Shown here piece after piece: positions 1 to 40,342 of a stretch of DNA of 64,000 nt. The stretch is from Amoebidium appalachense (Eukaryota > Protista > Ichthyosporea): the NCBI GenBank assembly GCA_963693365.1, contig CAVNZM010000014.1, forward strand, positions 6,386,001 through 6,450,000. The letters run 5' to 3'. The notes beneath the pieces were generated by a model, which was not told the origin of the DNA, made no database searches, and worked only from the letters and a program-made list of their open reading frames with translations. How positions within the stretch are numbered: position 1 is the first letter of the stretch; each line of letters opens with the position of its first letter. Both the position numbers and the translations under genes were made by a program.

Positions 1-8
1 CATCATCG

Positions 9-380
9 TCATTGGGGTTTAGGTCGGCGCATAACGACTGGGATGACTCGTTCGGGGCTGTTTTGTAAACGGGGAGGCTCAGGGAGGCCCGTCAGGTAGA
101 GGATCTTCTTTGGAGAAAGCCTGTTCTTTATCATGTATTCTGCTTTTAGAAAGTAGGGAACCTCATCATAATCATAGGGCGAAATTTTGCCCAAGATGAG
201 GCTCTCGAAAATCCCATCCATAAGCTCCTTACAGTATCTCACCACGTTATGCAGTTTTCTACGCTCTTTGGGGTCCGTCATTTGGTGCACTGGTGTTTGT
301 GTTTTTCTGAGGTAATCTTTAAAATCCTTTTCGGTAGGAAAGTCTTGCAGTTTTTTTTGTGCCTGTCTGCCCACGGTCAA
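9..380 (-). CDS. Exon of an unidentified protein-coding gene (probably spliced, possibly running off the left end of the window)
   Basis: High-complexity 123-aa ORF (KKLQDFPTEKDFKDYLRKTQ...) with no simple repeats; an acceptor-like CTCCGCAG lies just upstream (~387) and an exon-like segment at ~525-640 ends in a GT donor. No recognisable domain; the ORF start is TTG, so it is not a real start. Confidence 0.45.
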   Translation of the reverse strand: MTVGRQAQKKLQDFPTEKDFKDYLRKTQTPVHQMTDPKERRKLHNVVRYCKELMDGIFESLILGKISPYDYDEVPYFLKAEYMIKNRLSPKKILYLTGLPEPPRLQNSPERVIPVVMRRPKPQ

Positions 381-1017
381 GAATTACTGCGGAGCCCGGT
401 ATATTCGCACAAGAATACACACGCACACACGACACGCACACGCACGTGTCGACACACACAGCTCACAGGCTTAGAAAACATCACACCATCACCTAAAGAA
501 AAAAAAAAAAAGGGGGAAGTTGACCGTCAGCTCCAACTTGCGACTCCGGCACCAGCTCAGTGAGTTGACGGCACACAGGGTTTGAAAGTGGCCAACTTGT
601 TAGTGAGGTTGCCAGGGCCCAGGGGGTGGTCAGAGCTGGCCTACATTATAAATAGAAGCACAGTTGGTGACCGTATTGAGAACGCAATATATACATCGTC
701 ACACAAATTGTGTAGTAATTCCGTAGGCATAACCTGCGAAAACGTCGGCCCTACATGTGCGTTTTGGGCACATGCGTCTGTGTGCATGTAGGCTGCTTGT
801 TGAAACTTTTCTTTTCTTTTCACACCCTGGAATTTCGGAATTCAAGAGTCGGTGCGAAGCTGATCAGCGATTGGTGGCTATTTTGAACCAAGTTTCACGA
901 GTCACGACTTTGCGACTTCGCTTTACGATGTGCAAATGTGCATTGAGTCACAGGGTGCTTACACATGCAGAGGCAACTTCAAGTATGCAACACCAGCAAC
1001 ACACGCAGGATGCAGCG

Positions 1018-1066
<49 letters not shown>

Positions 1067-1147
1067 GAGGGGGCAAGTCATCCATGGCATCTACTCTATC
1101 CATCCTTCAGCCTCGTTTACGAAACCCAACTCAGAGGCGGAGGAGGG

Positions 1148-1205
<58 letters not shown>

Positions 1206-1659
1206 GGGGGGGGGGAAGCATTCTGGGTGCTCTAACGTGTATTACTGCCAAAATGTGCATATCCTGTGTTGATGGTTTGTGTGTAATTGTGTGAGCATCA
1301 CAGTGTGTGTGTGTCTCGGAGTATTGTGTGTGCAAGTGTGTTTGGTGACACACGAGTGTTTGTGTGTGCGTATGTGTGCATGTGTGTGTGCCAGTTTGTT
1401 TGTGGGTGTGGGTGTCCGCGTGTTTATGTATGTTTATGGTGTTCGCTTGTGCTTGTGTGTGTGTGTCTGTGTCCACAACCCACCCACAATCTGAACAATA
1501 ACAACAACTTAGAACTTTTTGCTTTATTGTAAATACCACCCTGAGAGAGCTCCCTGCGAAATAGAGCCCGGGTGGGGGGTTGGGAGGGGGGGGTAGAGAA
1601 GGAAAGAGAGAGGGGGGGGGGAGGAGGGGGAGAGGGAGAGGGAGAGGGAGAGGGAAAGG

Positions 1660-1727
<68 letters not shown>

Positions 1728-2307
1728 CCTCCCGGGGAGAGAGAGAGAGAGGGAGAGAAAGAGAGAGGGAGGGGGGGAGGGGGGGCGACCTCGTAAGAAC
1801 CTAGGAGCTCCAGAGAGGGATGGGGGATATACATGGGAGAAGGGGGGGGGGGGGGGGGGGGGGGGGTGGTAGAGAGAGTGAGAGGGGTAGCGAGAGGAGA
1901 GAGAAATATAAAGAAACCAGGGGAAGGTGGGGAGAGAAAGAGAGAGAGAGACAGAGAGAGGGGGGGGAGGTTGGGAAGGAAAGGGAGGCGGGGTGGGGGG
2001 AGGGGAGAGGGAGAGGGGGGGAGAGAGAGAGAGAAGCTTCAGAGAACCGTTCGGCGAAGGTACGGAAAGGAGAGAATGACAGAGAGAAGAGGGGAAACGG
2101 CCCTCTTTATAGAAAGGCGGGGCGGAAGAGAGATATGGAGAGCGAGAGTGTGTGTTCGTGTGTGTGTGTGTGTATTCGTGCGTGTGCGTGCGCCGTGTGC
2201 ACCGTTGTGTGTGCCTGTGAGAGCCTTAGGGCCTGTTCGTGTCACTAACGGATGATGTGCCGAAGGCCCAGAGCGCCGTGTTCTACGATGTTTGCGCAAT
2301 CATGCAG

Positions 2308-2342
2308 CTGATTGGCTAGATCCCAATTGAGAAGCCAATCAG
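2308..2342. promoter_or_regulatory. Cluster of CCAAT boxes (NF-Y-type) upstream of NOC2
   Basis: CTGATTGGCT (2308-2317), CCAAT (2323-2327) and AGCCAATCAG (2333-2342), 115-150 bp upstream of the ATG at 2458. Confidence 0.5.
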
Positions 2343-2457
2343 GCGCCGGCGGGCAAAACGAGACTTCGTTCATGTACACGTGCATGTCCAGAAAAAACGA
2401 AACGAGGAAAAACTCGTTTTTTTTGGTAACCCGGACAGAGAAAAAACGCCAGCGAAA

Positions 2458-16806
<14,349 letters not shown>

Positions 16807-19266
16807 TTGGCCCAGAACTTTAAAACAGCAAGATAGAAATTATGGATATGTCAAATATTGATATTGCATATATCATATGGTAATTCGTGATGTAAACATC
16901 ACATCAGAGAGATAACCCCCATACCCACATCACGTACGGCAAAGCTCACACACACACTACATTTTCTTGTTACATAGGCACACACCGTTCAGGCACACGT
17001 GCAAACCTGCACATCGCATTTTGCCCTCACGGAATGCAAGCACATGCGACATGCATGCACACATTACAACTATGGGGCCCTTTGGATATTTTAGAAGCAG
17101 GCACGGGATGTTTCCACATGAGCAAGGGGGGAGGGGCAGGGTGGGGGGGGGGGGTATTTAGTTTTCCATGATCCTGTTTATTAGTTGTTATGGTGGTGCC
17201 AGATAACAAGCCGTGAAAGCCGAGAAGGTGGACGGACCCACGGGACCCGAAAAGACCTTAAACGGGAGACTGATGATAATGACAAATATCCCCTGGTACG
17301 TATACACCTTTTTTTACTTTCTCTGTTTGATATTTTGATATTTTTTATTTTTTAATTCATGTGATGTCTGTGCCACAACACCATCGTCTCCGGGCATGGC
17401 GGGTCCTGCCGGCAGATGAAAATAAACTAAAATAACTTCAAAAGTACTGTAGCGATGCATTGATAGTTTCAACTGAAATGTCACCATACCCGTTATTGCA
17501 AGGTCGAGGTCGTACACGTACCGCTGTGTGTGCTGTATATGCCACGGTGATATCACGGTGCACAGGCCTATTCTCACACGCAGTCAGTCCCTTCTTGCAA
17601 TTCCTGAGTCATAAAAGCTTTTCTTCAGAGTCTGGCCAATACGGTAAGCCAAAACTGGGGGGCTCGCTGTCACAGTGTCGCATATGCATGTGTCCCTATC
17701 TCTTTCACCTGTTCATGTACATGTCTTGACACGCATACTATAAATATCATGACAAATATCGGATAGATGTAGCAGGCTAGCCCCGAGAGTTTTTAGGGGG
17801 CGGGCGGAGGGTGGGTTGGAGGGGGGGGGGGGAGGGAGGGGGGAGGTGGAGGGAAGGGGGAGGAGGAGGCCGGGGGAAGGGGGGAGGGGGGGGGGAGGGG
17901 GCTGCCCTCCTGGAGGGTCTGTACTAGTACTACAAGAGGAGAGTGATTGCAATTAAGCAACGTACGCGTGTGATTTGAGCCCGGCCCCTGGGGGGGCTGG
18001 GCGAGGGGGGGGGGGGGGGGGGAGGGATCGGAATTCGGAAGAAACCACCTGGTATACGTGGGGGGAAGCTCGAGAGGCCCGGGAGGGAGAGGGGGAGGGG
18101 GGTTGCAATTGGGAGAGGGGAGGGGGGGGAGGGAATTCGAGAGGCAATAAAATGCTTTCAATTGGGTGCATCTAAGGCACGTGGGAGTCGTACATGTACA
18201 GGGAGTAATTGCCGCTGGGGGAGGGGGACAGGGGAAGAGGTGGGTGGGTAGAGAAGAGAGAAAAACTGTGGCCAAGGGGTAGAGACATGATGTTGGCAAA
18301 CATTGCACCCTCGTATCATGCATATGGCAGGCCTCACAGGGAAATCAATGATACATGGGCTGGTGGATAGAGAACGTGGAGGTCTAGTAAGGGGGGGGGG
18401 GGGGGGGGGGGGGAGAGAGAGAGAGTGTGTGTGTGTGTGTGTGGGGGGGGGGGGGGAGGTGGAGGGGGGGGAGGGGGGGGGGGGGCAGATACCGTTGAGA
18501 GACAGGCAGGGGTTTGATGTGAAGGAAGAAACTATGAACGAATTAACAAAATGTGTCTAAATGCATCTGAATGCGTATAAATGCGCATAAATGCATATAA
18601 ATATAAAACTACGAAAAAAAGTTGGAATATACGTATCTACAGATTAATGTGTATAAAGGGGAGACATGGAGATGGTAGGCAGACACGAAAGATATTGAAG
18701 AGACGTGGAAACGCTGGTAACAGTCACACTCTGTCACACACGCACACATACATAGTGCGAGTTTACTCGTGTGCGTGTGTGTGTGTGTCTCTCTCTCTCC
18801 TGTGTGTGTGTGTTTGTGTTTGTGTTTGTGCGTGCATGTGCGTGTGTGTGTGTGTGTGTGTGTTTGTGTGTGTGCGTTGTGTATGCCCTGGCGGATTAGG
18901 GGCGGGAAATGTGGGTGAGCCCGAGCAGTGATGTGTAGCACTTCTTTAGGTGTATTTTTTGATGGGGTTAATATACGTCTGCTTTGCAATATTTTTCACA
19001 TCCAGGCATTTATTGTGTTGTGTGTGTGTGCGTGTGTGTGAGTTTGTTTATTTTGGTTGGGAGGAGGGGAAAGGGCAAGACTACGTGAGGGGGGTGATTG
19101 GGTGGATGGTTGGGTGGGCGGGTGGGGATGGGGTGGGGTGGGGTGGGGTTGGGTGGGGTTTGGGGGGAAGGGGAGGGAGGGGGGGGGGGGGGGGAGGGGG
19201 AGTCTGATGGAGAACAAAGATCTAGATGTTGAACTGGTTTATTAGGTGTAGGGGCTGCGGTGGGAG

Positions 19267-19333
<67 letters not shown>

Positions 19334-19744
19334 ACGTGTGTGTCTGTGTGTGTGTTCAAACGTTTCATTGTCTGTTTGTGCACCTATGTGTGTATAATTC
19401 TGTGTGTGTATGTTTTTTGTGTGTAACTTGTGTTTTCGTGTGTGTGTTTGCCGAGAGAGGGGGGGGGGGGTTAGGGGGGGGGAGATAGAGAGAGAGAGAG
19501 GGAGAGAGGGATAGAGAAAGAGAGAAGGGGTGGGGTGAAGGGGGGGGGAGGGGGAGGTGGGGGAGAGGGGGGAGGGGGGGGGGAACGGGGAGGGCATGCG
19601 GGATAAAGTGGAATGCTGAGGCTCGTGTTGATGAATGGCAATGAGGCGGAGGGAGAGGGAGGGCAGATAGCCCCCCCCTCCCCCCCCTCCCCCCGGGCGG
19701 GGAGGGGAGGGGGCAGGGGAGGTGTGGGTGTAGTGTGTGTGTGT

Positions 19745-19775
<31 letters not shown>

Positions 19776-20321
19776 AGGGGGAGAGAAGGGGGTGAGGCTG
19801 AGGGAGGAGGGGGACAGGGAGAGGGAGAGAGAGAGAGAGAGGGAGAGATTAAGGGAGGAGTTGAGGGAGGGAGGAAGGGAAGAGGGGGGAGGGGGAGGGG
19901 GTTGGGGGGTTGGGGAGGCGGGCTCGTAAGGCTTAAGTCAAGACCAAAGAGAAAATGAAAATTAGCTTTTCTCATTCTACTTTGTTGTCAAGGTATCAGC
20001 AAGTGTAAGGCTCGAGCAGACACCCGGCAACGCAGCAACCGAACTGTCCGACCTTAGCCTACTCACGACCATTTAAATCTAAACTTAGGGTGGCCCCGTG
20101 TGTTGATAGGTGTCGAGTTGCTATATCCGAGCAAACAGCCGGAGAAGGTTCACTGACTTATTTTGCACATAGGATACACTAGGGATGGTCGTGTCGAATA
20201 AAACACAATACAAAAAAGGTGATTCATACCAGAAACTCATCATGGCGAAAAGAACAATACACATAGTAAAGTACAGTCGAGTGACAAAGAAAGAACCTCA
20301 AAAAGAACAACACACGCACAT

Positions 20322-21231
20322 TCAAGCAGTAGCCTCTTTCGCTTCATCTTTATCCATGTTATCTCCATCCTCCGTCTTTGCCTCCCCTTCTTGTCTGCTC
20401 TCCTTCACCTCTTCACTTTTCTTGACCACAACATTCTCTTCCCCATTCTTCGGTTTCTCTCCTTCCACCTCCTTCTCTCCATCCTCCCTATCCTTCTCTT
20501 CCTTCTTCTGCATTTTGGGTGACTTAGGGCTCTTGCTTTCACCATCCTCCTCCTCTTTCGTTTCACCTACTTTCACCTCGTCACTGCTCCGCTTTCTATC
20601 AGTCTCTTTGGGTGCCAAGCGAGGGAACTTATCCTGCAGAATGTTCTCGTAGATCTTCACATCGACAGGAAGGAAAAGGCAGAAGATAATACGGTCGACC
20701 TCTTCTGCGTGCTTTTCCAGAAACTCCTTGACAACATCGGTTGCCATGTCTGCTGCCGGCGCGTTGGGAAACCCGTAGATGCCCGTGGAGACACAGCAGA
20801 AAGCAATGGAACGAAGTTTGTTCTCCAGGAGGAGCGCGAGTGCAGTTTCGTAGCAGCTACGCAGAGCTGACTCATCCCCGTTTGTAGGCCCGACCGTGTG
20901 GATAACATGTTTTGCTGGAAGGTGGAATCCTGGTGTGATTTTAGACTCCCCCGTGTTGCAGCCGTTGAGGTTCTTGCAGTATTTGTAGAGTTCTACACCC
21001 GCTGCCCGGTGGATGGCCCCGTCTACCCCCCCCACCACCAAGGAGAGACCTGTTTGCTGCATTCACAATGGCATCAATTTCCAGCTTGGTAATGTCTCCA
21101 ACGAACACGGAAATCCTCCTGTTTAATTCTGAATTAACAGCGGAAGAGTCGGTGGTGTAGCGGGGAAGGCAAGTGTTGAAAACGTGCTCATCCCAAGTGG
21201 GAATGTCTGAGAGAGTTAGAGTGCGCGACAT
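20322..21231 (-). CDS. MacroD-type macrodomain protein (mono-ADP-ribosylhydrolase / O-acetyl-ADP-ribose deacetylase), intronless, acidic C-terminal tail; one +1 frameshift in the given sequence
   Basis: ACCGCCATG start at 21231; motifs VFVGDITKLEIDAIVNAANRSLLGGGG|VDGAIHRAAG, GESKITPGFHLPAKHVIHTVGP, LRSIAFCCVSTGIYGFP. Span is 910 nt (3n+1); the G8 run (C8 at 21026-21033 on +) must be G7 to join the two ORFs. Confidence 0.9.
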
Positions 21232-22142
21232 GGCGGTGGTGTGGGTGCGGTTGTGGTTGTGTGTGGGGCAGAGGGAAAGATTTGTGGAAGCTGGAGGGCG
21301 AGTGCCTGAGCGTGAGTGGGAAAAGGCGCGCGACAGGAAACGGAACGGAGTAGTGAGCTGCTTGAAAGGCATTAGCGCTCTCTTTCTCTTCAACAACTAT
21401 TTTCTTCGATACTTTTAGGTGTGTAAAAGTGTACCTCTACGAGCACACCAAAGAAAAAGAGACGAAGTCAGAAACGAAAGCGAAAAAAAAAAAAGCACTG
21501 CAAACTGAGTCTGGGGGCCGCAGATTTATATACTTGGCGGGCTTTTTCCTAGAGCGATGCAAATCGCACACTCCCCCATGCCTTCGCAAGTTCGCGGTGC
21601 CGGGCTGCGGCCGGATCGATATCACCAAATCTTGTGTGCAGTGACAGAAAGCAAAAAATGAAGAGAGTTTATTATTTTCATTCCTTTGATATATAGCTAT
21701 CACATAATTATAAGCCGCAAAGTTTTGGGCACCATGCAAATATCATGAGGCAAAAAAAAGATGTGTTAAGGTAAGCCCTGAGAGTGCCGGTTGCCATTGT
21801 TTCGACACTCCTCAATCATATTGCACGATGGTTCAGGCAGCAATCACGTAAGCAGCGTGCACGTGCACCCAGGACACACACACACACGAACTTAGACTCT
21901 CGTTTTTGACGGAAAACAGGGAGTTATATCTATCACCTACTAGTTTGTTGCGTAGACGTAGACTTAGGAGCTTACTCTGAGTATCTGCTACTTTCATTGT
22001 TGATGAGTCAAAACAGAGTGCGGGGTAAGAAGAAGTTCAGGGGTTGGTCTTTGTGGTCTGTTGATCAACTGAGGGTGAATTGGAGCATTGCTGGGGCGAG
22101 TTTGTAGTTGCGTTCAGGTGGTGAAGAGGAAGAGGAGATACG

Positions 22143-34949
<12,807 letters not shown>

Positions 34950-35329
34950 GGGCCACACCAAATCAAGTGCGTCCCACTTACTATCTTTTTTTTTGTTTCC
35001 TTGCAAGATAAAAGATGGTAGATGCAATTTGTATTCTGTGTGGTGTTGCCATGATTCGTCTTGAGACGAAACTTTTTTTCTTTTGGAATAACGATGTGAA
35101 GTTCTGATTGTCTGAATGTCAATATCCACGACTTTTCTACTAAACAAGTATACGAGTGTCCACCAAAACCAAACGCTCGAACATCACATGAAGCCGTGCA
35201 GCAAATGTTAGTTTCTTTGTTTCATTTTCTCTGTGGGTTCTACTACCCCGTCATGGCAAATGGGTGATATTTCCTATATATATCCCTGTCTTTATTTCTT
35301 GTAGGTCTACGTACTGTGAACGCACCCAA

Positions 35330-35455
35330 ATGTGAGATATCCGATGTATATCTGCAAACATGCTCAGATGTGTATGGAAGCATACTGACATATATGGAAA
35401 TGTGCCGATATATATTTGGAAATTGGTCGAGATATATCTGGAAGCATATACTGGA
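35330..35455. repeat. Degenerate ~20-bp minisatellite (GATATATATGGAAA-like) downstream of RIO1
   Basis: gatgtatatctgcaaa / gatgtgtatggaagc / gacatatatggaaa / gatatatatttggaaa / gatatatctggaagc. Confidence 0.5.
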
Positions 35456-35510
35456 GAGGAAATCTGTCTGTGTATTGGTATGAATGATGGGTTGGGGTTT
35501 TTTTTTTTTT

Positions 35511-35541
<31 letters not shown>

Positions 35542-35701
35542 GGGGCAGTGACGTAAAAATGGGATGGTGCCGCAGGTTTCGGCACTCTGCTGAACAAATC
35601 TGAAACATTCCTGTTCCGGATCCCATTACTAATCTTAGCAGTCATCTCGATGTTGCAAGGCAGGAAAACCTATGAGACAGTACTAAGTATGTGGGTGCCG
35701 G

Positions 35702-35744
<43 letters not shown>

Positions 35745-36230
35745 CGCGTGTGTGTGTGCGTGCGTGCGTGTGCGTGTGCGTGTGTGCGTGCACGTAATGG
35801 CTTCGGTGTGGGTGTCTTCGGTATATGTGCGTGTGTGTGCCAATATGTGCAGGGTTTTTTTTTCTCTCTTTCTTTCCTTCCTTCTTTCTTTCTTTCTTTT
35901 TTCTTTTTTCTTTAAAATGGGTGATGTTTGGACGGTGAACATGTGCGTGTGGATGTGGGTGTGGACTTGTAAATATACACCACGTGGGTGTGGGTGTGCC
36001 ACCCTGCGCGTGTGCATGTAGGTGTGCGTGTGTGCGTGTGTGCGTGTGTGCGTGTGCGTGTGTGTGCGCGCAGCAATGTTTTGGCAGTAGTCTATGTGTA
36101 ACCTTGAGTGTAGCTGTTGTGTTACACCAATTTGTATGTGTGCGGGCGAGTGTGTTACAGTTCCGAATAAAGGTGTGTGTGTGTGTGTGTGTGTGTCTAC
36201 GTATGTGTGTTTTTTTTGTTTTTTTTGTTT

Positions 36231-36276
<46 letters not shown>

Positions 36277-36841
36277 GTCTTAAAATGTGAATACGGGGAC
36301 GAAGCAAACTCAACACATCGAGAAGCGAGAAGCAAGGCATGCAACACCAGCAACACAGTGCGATTCAACAATGAAACCAAAGCATAAACAACACATTTGC
36401 GGGGGTAAAGGGAGGGGTACCGGTGCACGTGGGTGGGGGGGGCGGGGTAGAGGGGTGGGGGGTGGAGACCGAAAGCTCAGAAGGTGGCAGGTACATGTAG
36501 GGAAATTCGAAATGCAAAACAAGGATTGTAAGTTCGGTTGCGGATCCAGTCTCGCGGCTAATATTTGCATTCTTTTTCACTGCCCTTTAAAAGAAAGTAT
36601 ACATTTCTCACCTTGTTGTGCTTTAAAAAGACAATATTCTCACATCCGTTATCTCGTACGTATTACGGATAATTCCTTTTTTTTTTTAAGAGTACATGCA
36701 TATGCTTTCGTATCTCTTTTCAACTTTTCGCGCAACTTGATCATTCGTGTAAAAATACAGTTGTATATAGTGACCAGTTGACAAACACGCCACCATAAAA
36801 ACTACATTTTTAAATACTAAATCAATAAAATATATTTTTCT

Positions 36842-37639
36842 CTATACGTCAAACGAAAACACTTCTTGCTTGACCATCATAGACGGCCCGGCGGTATGTG
36901 GTGCAGGCGAGTAGTAAGCTGGAGGAGAGAGGGGAGAATTCATATTTGAGCTAGGCAGAAGGTATCCCTGAGCGTCGCCACGAGGCAGGATGGGCACCGA
37001 GATGTTTCGTTGGTGCATGTTTCCAGCCACCATAGCTCCGGTGGGAAGAATGCGTGGTGCGCGCATAAGCGGTGCGCTGTTGCATCTCTTCAGAGATCTG
37101 TTTTTGGGTGAGCGCCGTGGCCGCCTGCTTGCGAGGTGAAGGGGCCGGGGGGCGTGGCGCGCCTTCTCGTAGAGTCCGCAGGCATTGCAAAGGGTGCGAC
37201 CCTCGTGTTTGCGCCATGTGGAGGTTTTCTTTGTGAAGCAGTTGCTGCACGTGAGCTCGGTTGGGGCACTGCTGCTGTCGCTAAGAGACTCGATCGCGCT
37301 CACAGGGCTGGAAACGGGGCTGTGTGGGGCTGTTTCAGGCGTTGGGGGTGCGGTCATCACTATGTATGGTTCCTCGGATGGAGTAGATGTGAGCGTGAAA
37401 GACCCCGAGGGAGAACTTGGCGTAGAGTCGTTGCTGAGGTCATATTGGACATCCTTGACAACCTCGAAAAATGGGGCCCAGTCTTCGGTTTCAAACTTGC
37501 AAAACGGGTTTGTGTCTGCAAGATCTGCCAACAGATCCTCAAAACTTGCGCTGGTGCCTGTGACAATGGTGTTCAAAAAATCGAGATTGACACCGCAATC
37601 AGCGGGCCCGGTGTACATAACATCACCAAACGGCGTCAT
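36842..37639 (-). CDS. Single-finger GATA-type zinc-finger transcription factor, intronless, 265 aa
   Basis: CSNCFTKKTSTWRKHEGRTLCNACGLYEKARHAPRP followed by a basic tract (SRRPRRSPKNR); acidic and S/P-rich N-terminus; ATG in AAAATG context. Confidence 0.9.
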   Translation of the reverse strand: MTPFGDVMYTGPADCGVNLDFLNTIVTGTSASFEDLLADLADTNPFCKFETEDWAPFFEVVKDVQYDLSNDSTPSSPSGSFTLTSTPSEEPYIVMTAPPTPETAPHSPVSSPVSAIESLSDSSSAPTELTCSNCFTKKTSTWRKHEGRTLCNACGLYEKARHAPRPLHLASRRPRRSPKNRSLKRCNSAPLMRAPRILPTGAMVAGNMHQRNISVPILPRGDAQGYLLPSSNMNSPLSPPAYYSPAPHTAGPSMMVKQEVFSFDV

Positions 37640-37789
37640 TTTATGCTTTCTGCAAGGTACGCGTAAGGCGGAAAACGTTTTGTGGGAAGTTTTATGGTTT
37701 GATACACAGTGGTTACAGGCTTTGAAGTTTTGTAGTCAAAGACGACAGACAACAAAGAAAATGCCGATCTACGCCAAGTGTACGCGGTC

Positions 37790-37821
37790 TTATATAGAAA
37801 GACGACTGGGAGACCTCCAAT
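37790..37821 (-). promoter_or_regulatory. TATA box and CCAAT box upstream of the GATA gene
   Basis: TATATAA on the minus strand at 37796-37790 (~150 bp upstream of ATG) and CCAAT at 37817-37821. Confidence 0.45.
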
Positions 37822-39653
37822 CAAAAGCGACCACCTGTCGCTGAAGCCTATGCATGATTGTTGACGAATCAACTGCTGCTAAGGCCGATACTCTCCCGCA
37901 CGCGTGAGCCGCTGGCTTCTGGAAGCTCACGAGCTTTCATAAGTATATTATATATTTATGGGATTTTGTAATATATATTCATGCTTGCGGTTAAACTTAT
38001 TATTTGTGTGAATAATTGTTTCCCCACCAATGTACTAATGGCTATGCTTTTTTTTAGCATGGGCTCATGCCACCGAGTCAAAGAGGAAGATGGAATGCCG
38101 GGGCGTGAGTATTATCCTCCAATGAGAAGGAACTTTTGGGTTTGGCCTTCTCAGCATGTGATAAAATAGACAGAAAGAGGCGATCGATTCGCTAAGAATG
38201 CGAGGAGGGTAAATCTACCGAGATTACGTTTTCCTTCCGAATCCCACACAGACTGAGAATGACTGAGAATGCGGTTCAAGTCACGCGCCGGGTGTGGGGA
38301 CTCCTTTTGCTGTGATCTCTGAGCTGTATGTATGCCACAAGTAAGCATCAAGCAAATGGCTATGTAATAAAGAAGTAATAAGCAAGAGCTCTGGTATATG
38401 CCTGCTCATTTTTCTGCTATGGTGCACTGATAGTGCGCATTCATGAGTACTCCGACGTCGACTGATATGCGTTACCGCCTCACTGTCACCGGCGCGGGCG
38501 GCGGCGCAGTGCACACCTACAAAACTGTACCCTACCAAGCAATTGCAATTGCAAGGGGCACCGTTCAGACATTCAACATGTTAAGTTGGTGGCATTAAGC
38601 ACGTGGTGCTTGCAAATAATATTGTCTAAATATTTATTAATTTAAAACTCTTGAGTTTGCAATGTTTTTATGCATAAAGCTCTACCACGCTGTGGCTCAC
38701 AAAGCACATGTTACCATCGTGACTCGAACTTGATTGGCTACATGGTCACGGAGTATGAGCAGATAGAAATTCAGCTTTCGTCTTACATATCACATAGCAA
38801 TTGCATGGCATTCCTGCAACTATTTTCAGCGTGATATATGCCGAATCATTCCAAAAAGAAGGATACACACGGGTAGCGGTTTATATGTGCATTATTATAT
38901 TTCGCTCTTTAATTTTTTTCATACAAACTTTCCTTAGCCTTCTGCGTAGTAGTATGTAAAAACGCCAATCGTCATATCTACCAATCAGGTCCAGCCGACC
39001 CCCGCAGTGGCCGCATGATCTGTAATCCTGAACATTCGACAAAAACCCAGCTGCCATTCTAGAAGCAGTCTATCTAATATGCTAATCGTGCCTTTTATAG
39101 CTTTATACCATACCATAATTTTCTTTATATAATTTTTTTTTGATTACAAAGAACATTTGTCATTGTCAATTTGTTTTACTAATCAGTCGCCACCAGTGAG
39201 CATAGACAGTTTACGTAGCCGGTCGGAATTTATTTAGACACAAGCATCGGGTTTGATTGGCTCATGCAAGAATGCGCCTCGCATACCATTCCGTGACTCC
39301 CGTCACACCCACCCGTTCGTGACAGTGCCAAGCCCGCGCCCGGCGGATCGGAGCTGGGCCTACGTACCAGTCTGTGGCACGCGTGACCTCAGTGCACTAC
39401 AACGCATGCCGCAGCGCACACACCGTCCCTGGCCTATTCGCATCTGCGAATGGTGACGTCACCGACTTGTGGCGGACGAAAGAGTTTTGGCGGCGGATCA
39501 TGTAGCCTACGCCCGTACTACCGGGAGGATAATCATGATGATCACTACCCCTACCTTTCCCCATCTTTTTGTTAACGGTCTAAGTTACGTGCTTTGCTCC
39601 TGCATTTTCTGTATGTGAAGCCTAAGGATGTAAAAAAACAAGCCGGGTGGGGA

Positions 39654-39691
<38 letters not shown>

Positions 39692-40308
39692 TAGTTTGTG
39701 TTTGCCCTGAGCACGACAAACTTTAAGGCACAGCTACCTTCTCACGGGTCATACTTTCGTCACCGTACCGCAGTGCCAGGTTTGGCTAACTTAAAACTAC
39801 ACAGGCTGAATGCTTGGATAGCCTTGCTAAACTTTTTTTTTTTTTTTTTGTTTTTTTTCCCTCACGGTTTTGGCAACTTGGGTGGAGGGGCTAAAGCAAA
39901 ACGAGCTTGGTCCGTTTCTTGACACAAGCCGTAGGCTCTATGTTCAACGGAAAATAGAAAGGAGGACAGAAACGCCTTTGCTGAAAACGCAGGAGGCCAC
40001 AATAGTGGCCAAGGAGGCTGGGGCTGCACAGCCTGCTTTCCTGTACCCCCCCCCCCCCCCCCCCCCCCCTCATCCCTGCGGAATCCTTACGTCCCCTAAG
40101 AGGAAGTACTTTTCCAGCACTGTGATTTCTTGGAGTCTTTTCTATTACCAGCCTCTCCCTTTTCCTTACACCGGCACCGTCAGCTTTCCCGCCTTGCACT
40201 GTACGCACACAAACACGCCTGTGCTCCGATGAAACCCGTAAGCGGAAACATGCAATACATAGACTTCAACACTGTGCATCTCCTCTTAAGATCTCGGGAC
40301 CCCCAGCA

Positions 40309-40342
<34 letters not shown>

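Noticed and set aside
1151-1204. Exact lengths of long poly-G/poly-C tracts as G-quadruplex or i-motif elements
   Set aside because: They can form such structures in principle, but homopolymer lengths are unreliable in assemblies and nothing singles out one tract as functional.
37136-37844. Long plus-strand ORFs antisense to the GATA gene (similar ones overlap the macrodomain and orphan genes)
   Set aside because: Shadow ORFs of coding sequence on the opposite strand; no motifs.
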